From NCBI GenBank assembly GCA_049325335.1, contig JBMOMC010000043.1:373852-437851 (forward strand): a stretch of 64,000 nt of DNA, read 5' to 3'. The position numbers were made by a program, and so were the translations under genes. Positions 60,939-64,000 of this stretch are shown piece by piece. The number at the start of each line of letters is the position of its first letter. Within the stretch, counting starts at the first letter, position 1. Origin of the DNA: Nitrospirota bacterium (GTDB taxonomy: Bacteria; Nitrospirota; Nitrospiria; 2-01-FULL-66-17). The notes beneath the pieces are model-generated. The model did no database searches and was not told the origin of the DNA. It saw nothing but the letters and a program-made list of their open reading frames with translations.

Positions 60939-61741
60939 TGGCGCCCCCGCGCGTCACGGTGCCGGAACTGCAACGGCGCAAAACCGACGGCGAGCGGATC
61001 ACCATGGTGACCGCGTACGACTATCCGTTCGGCCGCATCGCGGACGAAGCGGGCATCGACGTGATCCTGGTGGGCGATTCAGTGGGCGTGGTGGTGCAAG
61101 GCCACAGCACCACGTTGCCCGTGACCATGGACCAAATGATCTATCACACCGAGATGGTCACCCGAGCCGCGCGGCGGGCGTTGATCATCGGCGACATGCC
61201 GTTCATGTCGTTTCAAGTCTCCGACGAAGAGGCGGTGCGCAACGCGGGCCGCTTCATCCAAGAGGGCCACGCGGCCGCGGTCAAATTGGAGAGCCCGCCC
61301 TCGATGATGTCGCGCGTGGCCGCGATCGCTGCCGCGGATATTCCCGTGATGGCGCACCTGGGTCTGTCGCCGCAATCGATCCACAAGATGGGCGGGTACA
61401 AGGTGCAGGGCCGCACGCCTCCGGCCGCGCAGCGATTGCTCGACGATGCCAAACGCGCGGAGGACGCGGGCGCGTTTGCGGTGTTGATCGAAGGCGTGCC
61501 CCCACCCGTGGCCAAGAAAATCACCAAGGCGCTGTCGATTCCCACGGTGGGCATCGGCGCTGGGCCCGGCTGCGACGGGCAGGTGCTGGTGTTGCACGAT
61601 TTGCTCGGCCTGTTCGTGGAGTTCAGCCCCAAATTCGTCAAGCGCTACGCCAACCTGCGCGAAACCGCGCTCAAAGCCTTGATCGCGTATCGCAACGAAG
61701 TGATGACGGGCCGATTTCCGACGGCGAAAGAAAGTTACTGA
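60938..61741 (+). CDS. panB: 3-methyl-2-oxobutanoate hydroxymethyltransferase
   Basis: TAYD, LVGDS, DMPF, VKLE, HLGL.PQ, GIGAG, DGQVLV.HD. Confidence 0.96.
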   Translation: MAPPRVTVPELQRRKTDGERITMVTAYDYPFGRIADEAGIDVILVGDSVGVVVQGHSTTLPVTMDQMIYHTEMVTRAARRALIIGDMPFMSFQVSDEEAVRNAGRFIQEGHAAAVKLESPPSMMSRVAAIAAADIPVMAHLGLSPQSIHKMGGYKVQGRTPPAAQRLLDDAKRAEDAGAFAVLIEGVPPPVAKKITKALSIPTVGIGAGPGCDGQVLVLHDLLGLFVEFSPKFVKRYANLRETALKALIAYRNEVMTGRFPTAKESY

Positions 61742-61816
61742 CTGCTTACGCGATGGAGTGGTCCGACCAGGGGCCGGAGCTGGGGGTTGCCTCAGACAGC
61801 CTGGAAACAGTCACGA

Positions 61817-62187
61817 AAAATAAATCCGTCCCCTTATCACGTCCTATAAAGAGAATAATCCGGCGAGGATTTAAGCTGCTTCTGGCTGTGATGGCGATAG
61901 GACTTGTCTACGGAGGCGTGAACCCTAGAACAATTTACGGTGTCACAATCAATCAAGCTAATTTCGGTGGATTCTTTCTTGTCTTTTTTGGACTATATTC
62001 CTTTATGTTTCATAATTCCGGTCTACATCGGGGAGAGACAAGAAATCCTTGTGAGGGGCTGGTGGGCAATCCTCATTAGGATTGCCCTTATCGCAACCGG
62101 CGGTTTCGTCCTCCTGAAGTTCGGTGGCTCGGGACCATGATGGGGACGTTCTTCAGAATACAAATGAAAAGGGGACGGATTTATTTT
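61817..62187. mobile_element. AT-rich segment bounded by perfect 19-bp inverted repeats, carrying a broken membrane-protein gene
   Basis: AAAATAAATCCGTCCCCTT (61817-61835) and AAGGGGACGGATTTATTTT (62169-62187); interior visibly lower in GC; no transposase. Confidence 0.65.
61836..62140 (+). pseudogene. Truncated/frameshifted small membrane protein
   Basis: Hydrophobic segments FKLLLAVMAIGLVYGG and FGGFFLVFFGLYSF in one frame (stop 62079); WWAILIRIALIATGGFVLL in another (stop 62140). Confidence 0.5.
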
Positions 62188-62230
62188 ATGAGGGTTGGGG
62201 CGGTGCCACCAACCACCATTTGACAATCGG

Positions 62231-62281
62231 TTGATTTTTGGATCTGTTGACGGTACAGTGAGACATACGTTCTGAGGTATG
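62231..62281 (+). promoter_or_regulatory. TA operon promoter/operator
   Basis: TTGATT-17-TACAGT (62231-62259), then inverted repeat CATAC-N8-GTATG (62264-62281). Confidence 0.55.
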
Positions 62282-62286
62282 CCGAA

Positions 62287-62568
62287 ATGAAGAGAGTCCC
62301 TGCGATCGTTCCGGTGACAGATCTTCGACAAGACGCCGCGAGTGCACTTAAACGCCTCAAGGCATCCCACGAGCCCCTCGTGATTACTCAGCGCGGTCGC
62401 GCCGCGGCGGTGATGTTGAGCGTCGAGGCTTATGAGCAGCGGGAGTCTGAGCGCGAGTTGTTGAAGCGGCTTGCGCTGGGCGAAAAAGAACTCGCCAAAG
62501 GCAAGGGACACAGCCTGGACGAGGTGTTGGCCGCAGCCGACGCGCTGTTAGCCGCCAAATCGGCGTGA
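62287..62568 (+). CDS. Phd/YefM-family antitoxin
   Basis: IVPVTDLR, PLVITQRGRAAAVMLS...YE; GTGA overlap with the toxin. Confidence 0.9.
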   Translation: MKRVPAIVPVTDLRQDAASALKRLKASHEPLVITQRGRAAAVMLSVEAYEQRESERELLKRLALGEKELAKGKGHSLDEVLAAADALLAAKSA

Positions 62569-62855
62569 AGCTTCGCTTCACGCCGACGGCACGCGCTGAT
62601 TTTCTCTCCGTCATCGCTTACATTTACCGCGACAATCCCCCGGCGGCTCGGCGATTTCGGCAACACGCCGAACGCGTCTTACGCCGCCTGGAACGCTATC
62701 CCGCTTCCGGGAGAGTGATCCCGGAGTTTCCAGACCTTCCACATCGGGAGGTCGTCGTTGCCCCGTATCGGTTCTTCTATCGCGTATATGACCGTAGGAT
62801 TTGGATCGTCGCTGTGTGGCACGGAGCCCGACTACCGGATCGCCCTACGCCATGA
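62565..62855 (+). CDS. ParE/RelE-family toxin
   Basis: FTPTARADF..V..YI..DNP.AA, YP.SGR, YR.FYR, VAVWHG. Confidence 0.9.
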   Translation: MKLRFTPTARADFLSVIAYIYRDNPPAARRFRQHAERVLRRLERYPASGRVIPEFPDLPHREVVVAPYRFFYRVYDRRIWIVAVWHGARLPDRPTP

Positions 62856-62927
62856 CAGCCCAGATACGCCATCCGTATCACGTTGTGATACAGGTCTCGA
62901 TGTAAAGAAAAGCGGACGGACTTCGTC

Positions 62928-63197
62928 TCAATGCTGGTGGCGATCAGTCCGGACGGTCTGTTGCGCGCGGTCCACGACCCGCTGGAAGACGGCTTGCAGG
63001 TCGTTGATCGTGAGGGAGGAAAGCGGCACGGCAACGGCGACAGTGCTCGCGGGTGTGCTGATTGTGATTTGATCCCCATGTTGGTCCACGCGCACCGATA
63101 CCAACGCCCCGCCGAACCGTAAGTGCCAGTCGCCGATCTGCCCTTCCAGACAGGTTGAGAGCGTCCACAAAAATTCCTCGACTTCGCCGATCGTCAT
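62928..63197 (-). CDS. Hypothetical protein (89 aa)
   Basis: GAGG RBS before ATG 63197 (MTIGEVEEFLW), just downstream of the ABC permease. Confidence 0.55.
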   Translation of the reverse strand: MTIGEVEEFLWTLSTCLEGQIGDWHLRFGGALVSVRVDQHGDQITISTPASTVAVAVPLSSLTINDLQAVFQRVVDRAQQTVRTDRHQH

Positions 63198-63217
63198 TGG
63201 GGCGTTCCTCGGAACCG

Positions 63218-63991
63218 TTACTCCCCAACCTGCAACAACAGGCCTTTGCGGCGCGCAACCCGGAACATGCCGAGGAACCCCGCGCAGCCCAGGATCAGAT
63301 ACACGGCGTTTAGCGCGAGCGCGCCGAGCAGCAGCCCGACGTCGAACCGTCCCTCCAACAAGACGGCGCGCAGGCCTTCGAACACGTGCGCGGCGGGGGT
63401 GGCCCAGGCCACGGGTTGCAGCCAGCTTGGCAGCACGGAAACCGGATAAAAGACCGCGGCCACGGGTTGGAACAAGAAAATCACGGCCCAGGCCAGGCTT
63501 TCGGCGCCTTGCCCGAACCGCATGATCAACGCGGACACCAACATGCCAATCGACCACCCCATGATCAGCAGGTTGACGAAAAACGCGGCTAACGCGAAGC
63601 CCATCGCAAACAGATTGTAGTGATACAGCAATGCGGCCAGCAATGCCATGAACAGAGACGCGATCAGGGTGCGGGCCAGCGCCACGATGACCTGGCTGGT
63701 CACGAACTCCAACGGAGTCAAGGGGCTGGCGAACAAGTTCGAGAGGTTACGCGACCAGATTTCTTCCAGGAACGCGAGCGAGACGCCGATTTGCGCGCGA
63801 AACAACACGTCCCAGAGGATCAACCCGCCGAGGAATAACATGACGAAGTCCGGCAGCCCGGGGCCCAGCCCGCGCAGGTAGATCGTCAGGAAGCCCCAGA
63901 CGAACAATTCCATGGCGGGCCAGTAGACGAGTTCGACCAGGCGGGTCCACGAGCTACGGTACAGGTATATGTGACGCCAGACCATCGCCAT
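63218..63991 (-). CDS. ABC-2 type exporter permease (true start may lie beyond the window edge)
   Basis: Six TM helices, EEIWSRNL.NLFASP, FYPVSVLP.WLQ..A...P. Confidence 0.85.
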   Translation of the reverse strand: MAMVWRHIYLYRSSWTRLVELVYWPAMELFVWGFLTIYLRGLGPGLPDFVMLFLGGLILWDVLFRAQIGVSLAFLEEIWSRNLSNLFASPLTPLEFVTSQVIVALARTLIASLFMALLAALLYHYNLFAMGFALAAFFVNLLIMGWSIGMLVSALIMRFGQGAESLAWAVIFLFQPVAAVFYPVSVLPSWLQPVAWATPAAHVFEGLRAVLLEGRFDVGLLLGALALNAVYLILGCAGFLGMFRVARRKGLLLQVGE

Positions 63992-64000
63992 GACGCGGCG

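Noticed and set aside
60811..62079. 422-aa ORF spanning panB
   Set aside because: Alternate-frame read-through over metF/panB; only the last ~100 codons relate to the cassette fragment.

Overview
GC-rich bacterial chromosomal window. The gene content loosely suggests Nitrospirota or a deltaproteobacteria-like lineage (inference only). Housekeeping genes include rnd, fumC, tRNA-Leu(TAA), a peptide ABC transporter, maf, dus, surA, mfd, rfaE2, gmhA, rarA, 5-formyl-THF cyclo-ligase, folD, metF and panB. Notable accessory blocks: (1) a translationally coupled osmoadaptation operon, MscS - trehalose-6-P synthase fused to a TM/periplasmic/HAMP-like sensor - TPP - DUF5752 - TreT-like GT. (2) An integrase-free defence island at about 14.6-23.3 kb: AAA/DUF4143 ATPase, type III R-M Mod/Res, the C-terminal stub of a lost methyltransferase, a frameshifted YhcG nuclease with coding palindromes, and a DprA/SLOG protein. 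(3) Several c-di-GMP genes, including a HEAT-repeat/HD-GYP pair sharing an unannotated LYPPxH N-terminal domain. (4) A HEAT protein with a catalytically degenerate GT2. (5) An AT-rich gene fragment bracketed by perfect 19-bp inverted repeats, next to a Phd/ParE toxin-antitoxin pair. The most striking unexplained pattern is a set of related short sites (A-tract, GGGGWCGGA-like core, T-tract) at the junctions of accessory modules, suggesting repeat-guided cassette capture or exchange. No CRISPR array, rRNA, integrase or transposase was seen. All family calls come from motif recognition by eye; no database search was run.
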